Assembly (NCBI RefSeq): GCF_006345805.1
Contig: NC_042997.1
Location: forward strand, 191,704,001 to 191,768,000
Reading direction: 5' to 3'
Origin: Octopus sinensis
Lineage: Eukaryota
Length of the DNA stretch: 64,000 nt
Numbering within the stretch: the first letter of the stretch is position 1; each line of letters starts with the position of its first letter. A program made the position numbers and the translations under genes. Below, one piece after another: positions 40,094 through 52,042 of the stretch. Below the pieces are notes generated by a model. It ran no database searches. It was not told the DNA's origin and worked only from the letters and a program-made list of their open reading frames with translations.

Positions 40094-40315
40094 CCCTTTA
40101 GTATTTAAACCGGCCATATCCGGCCAAAATAACTAATCTGTTTCATGTTCAAACTGACCAGATCCAGGCTCTCACACCTACCCTACAATGTTATTCTACA
40201 TTAAGTAATTACACCATCAAGATCTTGAAGATATGAGATAATGCATGATTAATTCAAATCAATATGAATCAATAAGCATTATGTTTGATAGAATAATCTG
40301 AACACTAAAGGGTTA

Positions 40316-40316
<1 letters not shown>
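40090..40316. mobile_element. piggyBac-type MITE (family 1)
   Basis: TTAA|CCCTTTAGTATT ... AACACTAAAGGG|TTAA. Confidence 0.85.
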
Positions 40317-40365
<49 letters not shown>

Positions 40366-40869
40366 ATTAGTCTCCTTCTCTTGACATTGTGTGACACTTG
40401 TGTTACTGTCACACAAGCCATCTTCTGTGAAAACATGTCTAGTCATGGGGATATATTACCTTACTTGGAAACAATTGAAGGTTAGCAGTAGGAAGGGCAT
40501 CTGACTAGAAAATCTGCCACAACAAATTTCATCCAGATCCATGCAAGGACGGAAAAGTAGACATTAAAATTTTTACCTTTTCTAACATATTCTGCTGTCA
40601 CCACTCATCTTCAAATTCACTCAATCATCAGTAATTATTTTCAATCCCCTCTTGTACTGCATTTAGAATACTGACTATAAATTTTTCTTATCTTATTAGC
40701 CACGTCTGTTAGCAGTCTCAACCTGCTATTGAATAATCATCATCAGTGCCTCCCACCCCGCTTCAATGCTGGTATGGGTTGGATGGTTTCATAGAAGCTG
40801 ACAAGTCAGAAGAGTGCACCAAGCTCTACTACCAGCTTTGACCTAATGACCAACCACACTTTTTAGCAT

Positions 40870-41340
40870 TCAGATGAGAAGACCTGCTGAATCAAGTGAA
40901 ATCCTAGTCGTGGCCAATGCCGGTGCTGCTTGACTGGCACATAAAAAGCACCATTCAAGCGTGGTCGATACCAGTGCCACCTGACTGGCTCCCATGCCGT
41001 TGGCATGTAAAATGCACCATTTGCGTGTGGTCAATGGCGGTGTTGCCTGACTGGTTCCCGTGCAGATGGCATATAAGCAACATTTGAGCGAGGTTGATGC
41101 CAGTGCAGCGTGACTGGCTCCTGTACCGGTGACATGTAAAAAGCACCATTCGAGCATGGCCGATGCCAGTGCCTCCTGACTGACCCCAAGAACCCATTAC
41201 ACTCTAGGAAGGGCATCCAGCTGTAGAAATCTTACCAGATCAGATTGGAGCCCGGTGCAGCCTCCTGGCTTGTCAATCCTCAATCACATTGTGCACCCCA
41301 TGCCAGTATGGAAAGTGGACGTTAAACGATGATGAGAATG
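40870..41340 (+). mobile_element. RTE 3'-UTR fragment with about 4 modules
   Basis: GCCAGT..CTGACTGGC..TAAAAAGCACC modules; GGACGTTAAACGATGATG tail. Confidence 0.85.
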
Positions 41341-41899
41341 ATTACTCTATCAAATGTAATGCTTATTTCTTCGCATTGATTTAAATTAGTCATGCATTAC
41401 TGTTGTAGCTTTGGGATTTCAACGACGTGATTGTTTATCTCTAGAATAATATTGTAGGATAAGTGCGAGAGGCCAGACCTAGTTGGTTTGAAGATAAAAT
41501 AAGTAGATTACTTTAACTGGATATCTGGTTTCAAAGCTAGAGGGTTAAAGAGTGTATTGGATGCTTTTTATGTGGCACCAGTGAGGCCACCAAATAACTT
41601 GCAAAACAAAGATCTCTCAACTAAGGGGAGTAGTAGTATTGTGGGAGATGGTTTTGTGCCAGGTGATGACAGGCTAGAGTACAGTAGAGGAACAGAAACA
41701 GGTGCCTTGCAGCAGAGGAGATAACTGTCTACCCCAGTTGTGGAGTAGAGAGAGACACACACACATAGACAGGAATGTAGTATTTGTGAAGAATCAAATT
41801 ATTAAAAATTAAATCCGATGCTAGTGTTGTGTAACTAACCACCAGCACAGGTGCCAGTGACAAGTGACTGAGGCCTTTGGCAAAATATACTATACATGA

Positions 41900-42140
41900 G
41901 AAGACCTGTCAACCCAAGTGAGATTGTAGTCATGACTGATGCCGGTGTTACATAACTGGTGGCATGTAAAGAGCACCCACTATACTCTTGGAGTGGTTAG
42001 CATTAGGAAGGGTATCCAGCCATAGAAACCATGCCAAATCAGATTGGAACCTGGTGTGGCTCCCCAGCTTGCCAGTTTTCAGTCAAACCAGCCAACCTAT
42101 CCAGCATTGAAAACAAACATTAAATGATGATGATGATGAT
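41900..42140 (+). mobile_element. RTE 3' end
   Basis: GGCATGTAAAGAGCACCCACT..AGGAAGGGTATCCAGCC..(GAT)n tail. Confidence 0.8.
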
Positions 42141-42273
42141 AAATTATAACATTACTAAAATAAATAATTACCACTTAATCAACATGATACAATTTTGATA
42201 GATTTCTATCAAATTTTAAATTGCATTAAGAACAATAAATTGAGGAGGAAAGAGTCACGATAAAAGCACTTAC

Positions 42274-43835
42274 TCTGCCTAAATTAGATTGGTCCTTGTT
42301 AACAGCCATATTTCCAGGAACTTTTCTCATAGGCATAGGTCCTGGTGGGCGCTGAGGTGGTATCTTACCACGACCCATTCCAGGATTCTGGAATTTCATT
42401 TGTCTTTCTTGATTTGGAAATACATTAGGTCCTTGTAAGTTCATTTGCCGATTGCCTTGCTGAGCCCCTACATTATTAATATTTTGAGGGGCGCCCCCAG
42501 CTGGGCCACCAAGGTTAGATTGACTGACTTTTCTTACAAGAACTTTTTTAGCATTAGCAACAGCTTGGCCTTTGCCTGCAACTGAATTCTTGATTACTTT
42601 CTTCAAGATTAGGCGAGTTTTCTTCATTAATTCCTGTTTGGGGATATTGCCTTCTAATTGTTGGGCGAAATCTGGTGGCATGGAACCCTGAGGGGGAAGC
42701 ATTGGCATAAGGTGACCACCCCTACCAGGTTGCATTCCTCTGCCACGTGACATCATGCCGCGTAAACCACCTCGGCCTTGAGGTATTAAATGCCTTTGTG
42801 GATTTGAGGGGTGCATAAAGCGCTGTTGTTGAGGGCACATAGGCCTAAGCTGATCTTGTGGCATACGAGACTGATTAGGTGGACCGAGAAGGCGTGGTTG
42901 ACCCCGCATTGGTCTAAGTGATGATTGAGGACCAAAATGTCGGAGTCCTGGCCGCAAAGCAGGTCTCATACCAGATGGTGAAGGATGCCTGAAAACACCA
43001 GGAGCTTGTTGTCTCATACCAACTGGAATAGGTGGTCGAAGATGTCCTTGGTTTTGCCCAGGTCTGATTGGACTGCGCATACCCATTGGCCTTTGAGGAC
43101 CTTGAGATGGAGGAGGAAAATTTAATAATTGTCCTTCATAGTTTGAATTCTGCATCTGAGCTTGAGCATTAGGTGATGGCATACGTGGTTGCCCACCAAA
43201 CTGCATTCGTGGATTAAACATTTTCATCTTCCCACCTCGCATATGCCGCAAACCAGGCATTTGTTGTGGAGATACAAACCCACTTCCTGGGCCTGGTGGA
43301 CAATTGATCTTGGTACCTAAGTTTTCGTTACTCCCTCTGGCATGTTCACCATGATGTTCATTCCCTGCTTTCTGTTCACTCTCCTTAGATATCATATCTC
43401 GCTTGGCTTTTTTTGGTGTGGATATTGACTGAAATTGTTGATGCGGTGGAATATATTGCTTCTGATAGAAATTTTTCTCTTCTTCGGAAAGAATCACATT
43501 TCCGGCAGATTGGTGTTGATGACGTTCAGACAATGCCTGATTCGTTTGTTGCCGAGATTCCAGCATTTTGTCTTTCTCTTGTTTCCCGGAAACATTTGTT
43601 TTCACTTGTTTGGGCGGTTTCCCATGAAACTGGTGCTGTGATGCGTTCTTAGCTGCTGCATCTGCAACTGGAGTACTCTGTAATGGCCTTTTACCCAAAA
43701 TTTGTTGCTTTTTCCCAGGTGGTATTTGAGCTTGGTATGAAGTTAAAGATTTGTTAACTGCCCCAACTTTTTTCTTTGGTAAGCCATCCAGTAAATGAGC
43801 TTTCTGCTCTTCACTTACATCAGCCAGCGTCAGAC
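42274..43835 (-). CDS. RBM33: RBM33-like large exon (1562 nt; Pro/Gln/Arg/Gly/Met-rich disordered region)
   Basis: Open frame within ORF 42226-43884; acceptor TTTCCAG|GT, donor AGA|GTAAGT; phases 1/0 fit both neighbours. Confidence 0.92.
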
Positions 43836-45246
43836 CTGGAAATTTAAAAAGTACAAAAATGGAAAATATATTAAATATAAGCAAATGAAGTTATTGATGA
43901 GTTTCGTTCCAAAAATTATCTTCATTACCAAACAACAGAGAAATGTTTTAGTAGAAACATTAATTATAACTAGGTAGAAGGTTATAAATCTGAGGGATGG
44001 TGGGGGAGTTAAATAATTAAATTGAATCCAGTGCTTAACTAGTATTATATTTATCCATCCCAGAAGGATGAAAGAATGCCAACCACAGCAAGATTTGAAC
44101 TAAGAGTAATGATTCTGTATTGGAGGTATAAAATATAATTTAATGCCTGTTTCTTGTGTTTTTTGGTCTGACAGGAGTTGGTGAGCAAGAGGACAGCATT
44201 AAGCTCCAAAGTCTACTTTGGTATGGTTTCTATAGCTAGAATGCCAACCACTTCACAGGGTCTACAGACATATTTTTCACAAGGTGTACTGTGAGGTTGC
44301 CAAGTGACCCTTCAACTGGGTACGGGTGTAGTATTGAGGCAGGTGGTTCTATTTTAGATGATTGAAAGGTTAAAGTATGATAGAGGGACGGAAACAGGTG
44401 TCTTGCTGTGGGGAAGATACACAGTTACCCCAATTAAAAAAAGAGAGATGATGGTGAAGATGTGTCTGGGAATATGAACAAAAACAGGTTGGTTGAAACA
44501 AGTGGCACCTCCAATTTACAATACATTTTTCATATTGTAACATAAAAATAATCTTTGTTTTTACTCAACAAAAACTTACAACGATGAAAAGGAGGCCTGA
44601 AGTTGAAGTAACATAAGTTATGGCCAAAAATGTGGCACAAATGAATCCAAAGACCTAGTTCTAGGTAACATAATAATGCCAATGATATAATTAACTTAAT
44701 TGTGTGGATAAGAAATTTGCTTCTCAATCACATGGTTTCAGGTTCAGTCTCCTTGTGTGACAGCTTGGGTAAGTGTTTTCTGCTAGAGTGCCCTAACCAA
44801 AGCCTTGTGTGTGAATCTAGTAGACAGAAACTGAAAGAAATCTGTTATCTATCTTTCTATATGTGTGTGTGTGTGTCCTTGCCTTGACTTTGTGTGAAAA
44901 TTCTAAGTAGTAAAGTGGCTGGTGTTAGCAAGGGCGATAGAAGCCTTGAACCTGTTGGATTCTGTTGATCACTCCAATCCATGCCAGCATGGAAAACTGA
45001 CATTGAATAGTAGTGATGATAATGAAACGGTATAGGAGGTGAGATTTCATCATCATCATTTAACATCTGTTTTCCATTCAGGCATGGGTTGGATGGCATC
45101 ACAGGAGCTGGCAAGGCCATGGAACACACCAGGTTCTATACCTGTTTTGGTTTGGGTTTTACAGCTGGTTGCCTTTACTAAAGCCAACTAATTTACAGAG
45201 TGTACCGGGTGCCTTTTTACATGGCATCAATGCTTTTTAAGTGGAA

Positions 45247-47963
45247 CTAGCAGCACAGCCCGGCGTTGCCCAGGTATGTAAGAGCCCCTAGTAGGCAACG
45301 ATTAATCCCAATCTAGTCCTTTCCCTCTAGGGAATGAAGGCGCGTGTGTAGGTTGCAATGTCTTCTCTTCACTCGAATACTTCTGTGTATATGATGTTCC
45401 TAGCTGTCCCTTTGGGCGAAAACATGAAAACATCATTGCGCCTCCCAAGAGAGTTAAAAAGGTCGAGTTGCGTCCCCTAGACAGTCTGTGGTTTGTGTTT
45501 AATATACAAATCGGTTTGCTATGAGTGCCACATCATCATCATCATCATCGTTTAACGTCCGTTCTCCATGCTAGCATGGGTTGGACGGTTCGACCAGGGT
45601 TCTGGGAAGCCAGAAGGCTGCACCAGGCTCCAGTCTAATCTGGCAATGTTTCTACAGCTGGATGCCCTTCCTAACGCCAACCACTCCGTGAGTGTAGTGG
45701 GTGCTTTTTACGTGCCACCTGCACAGGTGCCAGGCGGGGCTGGCAACGGCCACGGTCAGATTGGTGTATTTTATGTGCCACCGGCACGGAAGCCAGTCGA
45801 GGCGGTGCTGGCATCGGCCACGAGTCGGATAGTGCTTTTTACGTACCACCAGACCAGGGATCCTGGCTGGTTCAATTCGATTTCGATTTCGCTTGCCCCA
45901 ACATGTCTTCACAAGCAAAGGGGGTTGGCATGGGTGCCTGTCGTACGGTCGCATTGGAGTATTTTACGTTCCACGGCCACGAGTCGGATAGTGCTTTTTA
46001 CGTACCACCAGACCAGGGATCCTGGCTGGTTCAATTCGATTTCGCTTGCCCCAACATGTCTTCACAAGCAAAGGGGGTTGGCATGGGTGCCTGTCGTACG
46101 GTCGCATTGGAGTATTTTACGTGCCACGGCCACGAGTCGGATAGTGCTTTTTACGTACCACCAGGCCAGGGATCCTGGCTGGTTCAATTCGGTTTCGATT
46201 TCGCTTGCCCCAACATGTCTTCGCAAGCATGGGGGGTTGGCATGGGTGTCTGTCGTCGGATGAGGTTCTATATCGACTTCGCTTGCCTCAACAGGTCTTT
46301 GTGTCCAAGGGAGGAAAGGCATTCATAAGTGGGCTGGGCTCACTTGTCCTGCCTGGTCTTCTCACGTACAGAATATTTCCAAAGGTCTCGGTCGCTGGTC
46401 ATTTCCTCAGTGAGGCCTAAAGTTCGAAGGTCGTGCTTCACCACCTCGTCCCAGGTTTTCCTGGGTCTACCTCTTCCACGGGTTCCCTCAACTGCTAGGG
46501 ATTGGCACTTTCTCACACACCTATCTTCATCCATTCTCGCCACATGACCATACCAGCGCAATCGTCTCTCTTGCACACCACAACTGATGCTTCTTAGGTA
46601 CAACATTTCTCTCAAGGTGCTAACGCTCTGTCGAGTAAGTACACTGACATTACACATCCATCGGAGCATACTGGCTTCATTCCTCACGAGCTTACGCATG
46701 TCCTCAGCAGTCACGGCCCATGTTTCGCTGCCATGTAGCATGGCTGTTCGTACACACGCATCATACAGTCTGCCTTTTACTCTGAGCAAGAGGCCTTTAG
46801 TCACCAGCAGAGGTAAGAGCTCCCTAAACTTTGCCCAGGCTATTCTTATTCTAGCAGTTACACTTTCAGCGCACCCACCCCCACTACTGACTTGGTCACC
46901 TAGATAACGGAAGCTATCAACTACTTCTAGTTTTTCCCCCTGGAAAGTGACGGAAGTTGTTTTCTGCAGATTTTCGGAGGTTAATGCTCCCGAGCATCTG
47001 CCACATACAAAAACTATCTTCCCAGTTAGCCTACCTTTGACATTGCTGCACCTCTTATGTGTCCATAGCTTACACTGGGTACATCTTATAGAGTTTCTAC
47101 CTACACCTTTTCTACAGATCGAGCAGGGCCATCTTCCTGAAGATATTTGTGGATTGTCTACCTTCCTACTTATTAGTACTTTGGTTTTAGCTAGGTTGAC
47201 TCTAAGGCCCCTTGATTCTAAACCCTCCTTTCACACCTGGAACTTCTCCTCCAGTTCTGATAGTGACTCAGCAATAAGAGCAAGGTCGTCAGCGTAGAGG
47301 AGCTCCCAGGGACAGCCTGTCTTGAATTCCTCCGTAATTGCCTGGAGTACTATGATAAATAGGAGGGGGCTGAGTACTGAACCCTGGTGGACCCCAACCT
47401 CTACTTTGAATTCTTCTATGATTTAATTAACCGATTTTTTCCAGTAATAAAGTATCCTATCGGAATAAAAAGGTCCATATAGCTCCTTGGAGCAGACATG
47501 ATGCTCGCTGTGAATTTAAAAAAAAAATTCCTGCCAATTTGTGAAAGATATTGTTGAAAATATGTCATCTTGAATTTGAAAGCGATTTCCCAAAATGGCA
47601 TGATTTTATCGATTTTTTCTGATGGTAAGGTATTGCATGGAAAACTAACGTCAGAATTAAGTTTCTTAGGGTAACATTAAGCTTCACCATGAGTTTTGTG
47701 AAAATCGATTGCAAGTTGCGAAAACTACAACAGAAAACGTGTTCCATATAAAAAGCTTAGATTCTCGACCCCATGTCAAATTTATCGATTTTTTTTCAGA
47801 ACAGGGAGAACTTTTCAAAATTTTTGCTGCATTAGTTTTGAATTATGACATTGGGCTATGTGTGTGTCAAGTTTCATCAGAATCGGTTGAAAGCCGTGGT
47901 CAGGGAGAGGGTACAACCTGACAGACACACAGACAGACAAACTGCCGTTTATATATAGAGAGA
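45247..47963 (-). mobile_element. Non-autonomous Helitron carrying a nested RTE LINE
   Basis: Minus strand A|TCTCTCTATATATAAACGGCA ... CCTGGGCAACGCCGGG..CTAG|T; same termini as 3566-3937. Confidence 0.8.
45531..47417 (-). mobile_element. Young 5'-truncated RTE LINE: RT C-terminal half with PHD finger, C-terminal domain, repeat-rich 3' UTR and (GAT)n tail
   Basis: One frame 47416-46340: GVHQGSVLSPLLF, LYADD, VNLAKTKV, C4HC3 finger, FRYLG, LHGSETW, WYGHVAR, RGRPRKTW; a single nonsense codon (TGA at 47231-47233). Confidence 0.95.
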
Positions 47964-48156
47964 TATACACCAGTGCTCTTTACATAAAACCTTGGTTTTA
48001 GGATATCAATTCTGTTGTGGTTGGCACGTCTTCTTGAGTCCTTTGTTATCTCCTTCATAAGGCTCAGCATTTTGATTTACCAAGTCAAGTGAATACAAAC
48101 AGCTAATACAAAAAAAAAATGAAGCAACAACATATCAAAGAAAGCAAACTACCCAC

Positions 48157-48298
48157 CTTGCTCAGCTAATTTGTCTTGCAAATCTTTTCTTCTTTGCTCA
48201 GCCTGAAGCAAACGGCGCAGTTCTTTCCGCCGAATCACTTCAGCCCGCATTCGCTTTTGCTGTTCTAACTTTTCTCGCAACAACTTGGATTCTTCATC
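48157..48298 (-). CDS. RBM33: RBM33-like coding exon (coiled coil)
   Basis: DEESKLLREKLEQQKRMRAEVIRRKELRRLLQAEQRRKDLQDKLAEQ; resembles RBM33 DEETRLYRLKIEEQKRLREEILKQKELRR; CTTCAG acceptor, G|GTGGGT donor; phases 0/1. Confidence 0.93.
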
Positions 48299-48698
48299 CT
48301 GAAGTTAATAGGATAAACAGAGAAATACTACTGAGGAATCACAGTTTTCAAAATAAATCATTTCAAAAAATATAACATTTATTTATATATATATATATAT
48401 ACTTTATTTAAAAGTAGCAGAAATTTAACAAAAGCACTGTAAGTATTACATTAATTTTAAAATGTCAAGCAATCTTCAGCCACATATAGAATTTTTTAAG
48501 TCTTTAATAAAATGAAGTAGCATGAAACGATTGTACTACACTACCTTGGATATCCTTGTTGCTTATTTTGATTATAATCCCCCCATTTGATTTATTTGGA
48601 TAATACCATACCAAATTCTGGTGCCTTTAACTTAAGTACCATATTCATTTGAATCTAAATTTTGCTGAACTTATGTATATATATATATATATATATAT

Positions 48699-48890
48699 GT
48701 GACCGTGTGTGTACCGTTGGCGATTTTTTTTCCTCTGTCTTCCCTTCTCCTATGTTTCTGACGAAGAGTTCCGCTCGAAACGTTAAACCCTCCTTCTTCC
48801 CTTCCTTCCCGAGCGTCCAATAATACTATATTTGTTCCACGTCCTTGTGTTGTTGTGTTTTCTCTTTGTGTTTTCATGTTTGGATTAACT
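48699..48890 (+). mobile_element. Penelope-like pLTR fragment in a (TA)n tract
   Basis: Flanked by (TA)n; contains a minimal hammerhead core and a T-rich tail. Confidence 0.7.
48754..48788 (+). ncRNA. Minimal type-I hammerhead ribozyme motif
   Basis: GTTT-CTGACGA-A-GAGT(TCC)GCTC-GAAA-CGT-T-AAAC: stem I GTTT/AAAC, stem II, palindromic ACGT stem III. Confidence 0.7.
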
Positions 48891-49537
48891 ATATATATAT
48901 ATAAAAAGTGATCCAATCAAGAGGTGATGATCTCAGTTATTCTTGCTGAATTCCATCAGAACTATTTGTTATAATTTCTACACTGATCTTTCCAACAATG
49001 GCTGAAGATTTGATTTTTTTAAATACGATTTTGTCCCAAACAAGGCTTAAGACCACAGTAGCATAAGGGATCCCAAATAAGGAAAGAAAGGGGCTTACAA
49101 GTTCAAAAGATGTCAATTGACAGAACACTTAAAGGATTGAATATCATTGTTTAGACATGGGACTGTGACCATATTGCAGCACTGCCTCTCTGGACATAAT
49201 TTGTTACATTGATTCCATTACTTGGTACTTATTTTATTGACCTTGGAAGTATGAAAGGCAAAGTTGACAAGAGCAAAGTCAGAATATAATCAAATACCAA
49301 ATTCCATGGATTCTACTTTCTAGTACCCTTTATATGGTTACAGTTTGCAGATCTCAAACTTTGGCTTACCAAATTCAATCACAGGGCTTCAGTTGATCTG
49401 AGGTTAGAGCAGAAGACACTTGCTCAAGGTGCCACACAGTGAGACTGAACCAGAAACCATGTGGTTGAGAAGCAAGCCTCTTAACCATACAACTATGCTT
49501 GCGTTCTAATATTTTGTCAAAATATTCTGACAATTAA

Positions 49538-49938
49538 GGAGGCGAGCTGGCAGAAATGTTAGCATGCCGGCGAAATGCCTAGCGGTATTATGGCTGTCTT
49601 TACGTTCTGACTTAAAATTCCTCCGATGTTGACTTTGCCTTTCATCCTTTCGGGGTTGATAAATTAAGTACCAGTTACGCACTGGAGTCGATGTAATCGA
49701 CTTAATACCTATGTCTGTCCGTGTTTGTCCCCTCTGTGTTTAGCCCCTTGTGGGTAATAAAGAAATAGGTATTATGGCTGTCTTTACGTTCTGAGTTCAA
49801 ATTCCTCCGATGTTGACTTTGACATTCATCCTTTCGGGGTCAATAAATTAAGTACCAGTTGCATACTGGGGTCGATCTAATCGACTGCCCCCACCACCTC
49901 CCCAAAAAATTTTGGGCCTTGTGCCTAGAGTAGAAAAG
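49538..49938 (+). mobile_element. Meta-domain SINE (family C), partially duplicated or self-nested
   Basis: GGCGAGCTGGCAGAA head; two copies of GACTTTG.C.TTCATCCTTTCGGGGT..ATAAATTAAGTACCAG. Confidence 0.85.
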
Positions 49939-50010
49939 CAAATATACTGACAATTTCCTAATGTTAGATGAAAGCAATAATTTTAAGGAATTAATACATC
50001 AGTGTCTTAC

Positions 50011-50185
50011 ATCAGACTGAGTGAGCTGTTTCAGATGAGTTGATACTTTTGGCATCTTGGTTGCTTGAGTATCCGTATCAGACATTAGTTTTACTTGTGG
50101 CAGTGTTGTTAACACCTTGATGTTTTTATTTTGCTGTGTTTGAATCTCTTGTCGGTTTCGCTTTGGTGATACCAGAGGGTTAACC
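50011..50185 (-). CDS. RBM33: RBM33-like coding exon
   Basis: TTTTCAG|(R)VNPLVSPKRNRQEIQ...KQLTQSD|GTAAGA; phases 2/0 fit both neighbours. Confidence 0.88.
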
Positions 50186-50362
50186 CTGAAAATATTCAAT
50201 CAAAAATTAATCAAAGGATGTTCTCAACAAGTAATAAATACATGCATCAATAACTCACATAATGCATTATTTTTTTTTTTCTTACAAGGGGGTACTGAAA
50301 AGTTCCTGGCTTTGGGTGAGAGACAATACAGGAGGATCAGTTAATTATTATTTTATTAAACA

Positions 50363-50759
50363 CTAGCAGTAACGCCCGGCGTTGCTCAGGTTTGTAAGGG
50401 AAATAACTATATAAGCATTTTTAGAGAGTTATAGCCAGAAAATAGCAAAAAAATGCATTAAAAATGGAAATAAAATTATGGTAAATTTTTTTTTAATCGT
50501 TGACTCATCGTAGACATTTTTAGAGAGTCACTTCCCTTATATAATAGCGAAAAAATGCATTAATATGGAAAAAAATTATGGTAAATTTGTTTTTAAATCG
50601 TAGACTCATCGTAGATGCGCGCTAATACCCAGAAGGGCTCGATATGAATCACGGCTATAAGATACCCAGTTTTGGTTAAACTGCACCGCAAAATGTGGGA
50701 GTAGTTAGGAATCTAAATCGTAGGAGACAGACACACAATCTCTCTTTTATATATAAAGA
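50363..50759 (-). mobile_element. Non-autonomous Helitron
   Basis: 5' TCTTTATATATAAAA, 3' CCTGAGCAACGCCGGG..CTAG; the empty site CA|TATTCCCC is visible in the two paralogous units, showing A|T insertion without TSD. Confidence 0.9.
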
Positions 50760-51107
50760 TATTCCCCCTCTCAGATTCACACACTTATTGCAGTGGTCCT
50801 TCAGTTTTTCTAAGCCTTGTAAAAGAAGTCAGAAGGATGGGTCTCCAACCTTTCGTGATACCCTTAAAGCTAAGAATTTTTCAGTACCCCCTTGTACACG
50901 TATTTAACACTTTAGCATTCAAATTATTCTGTCAAATGTAATGCGTATTTATTTGCAAAAATATTCAACCAAACATAATCAAAGCAAGTTCTCAATAAGT
51001 AATAAATAAATGCATCAAAAACTCACAACATGTATTATTATTTTTTTTTTTTCTTACAAGGTGGTAATGAAATATTCCTGGCTTTGGGTAACAGAAAATA
51101 CAGGAGG

Positions 51108-51507
51108 ATCATCATCATCATCGTTTAACGTCCGTTCTCCATGCTAGCATGGGTTGGACGGTTCGACCGGGGATCTGGGAAGCCAGAAAGCTGCACCAGG
51201 CTCCAGTCTTATCTGGCAATGTTTCTACAGCTGGATGCCCTTCCTAACGCCAACCACTCCGTGAGTGTAGTGGCTGCTTTTTACGTGCCACCTGCACAGG
51301 TGCCAGGCGAGGCTGGCAACGGCCACGGTCGGATTGGTGTATTTTATGTGCCACTGGCACGGAAGCCAGTCGAGGCGGCGCTGGCATCGGCCACGAGTCG
51401 GATAGTGCTTTTTACGTACCACCAGACCAGGGATCCTGGCTGGTTCAATTCGCTTTCACTTGCCCCAACATGTCTTTGCAAGCAAAGGGGGGTTGGCATG
51501 GGTGCCT
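51108..51507 (-). mobile_element. Young RTE 3'-UTR fragment
   Basis: Near-identical to 45531-45940. Confidence 0.92.
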
Positions 51508-52042
51508 ATTTTATTCAACATATTCCCCTTCTCAGATTCACACACTTATTGCAGTGGTCCTTCAGTTTTTCTAAGCCCTGTAAAGAAGTCAGAAGGATGG
51601 GTCTCCAACCTTTCGTGATACCCTTAAAGCTAGGCATTTTTCAGTACCCCCTTGTACATGTATTTAACACTTTAGCATTCAAATTATTCTGTCAAATGTA
51701 ATGCGTATTTATTTGCGAAAATATTCAACCAAACATAATCAAAGCAAGTTCTCAACAAGTAATAAATAAATGCATCAAAAACTCACAACATGTATTATTA
51801 TTATTATTTTTTTTTTCTTACAAGGGGGTAACGAAAAATTCCTGGCTTTGGGTAACAGAAAATACAGGAGGATCAGTTAATTATTATTTTATTCGACATA
51901 TTCCCCCTCTCAGATTCACACACTTATTGCAGTGGTCCTTCAGTTTTTCTAAGCCCTGTAAAAGAAGCCAGAAGGTTAGGTCTCCAACCTTTCGTGATAC
52001 CCTTAAAGCTAGGAATTTTTCAGTACCCCCTTGTACATGTAT

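Noticed and set aside
42226-43884. 552-aa ORF as a standalone gene with a signal-peptide-like N-terminus
   Set aside because: The hydrophobic start is the translated polypyrimidine tract; the ORF is an internal exon bounded by splice sites
45568-46328. 231-aa and 141-aa plus-strand ORFs (and similar MFLQLDALPNANHS ORFs elsewhere)
   Set aside because: Antisense readings of the repetitive RTE 3' UTR
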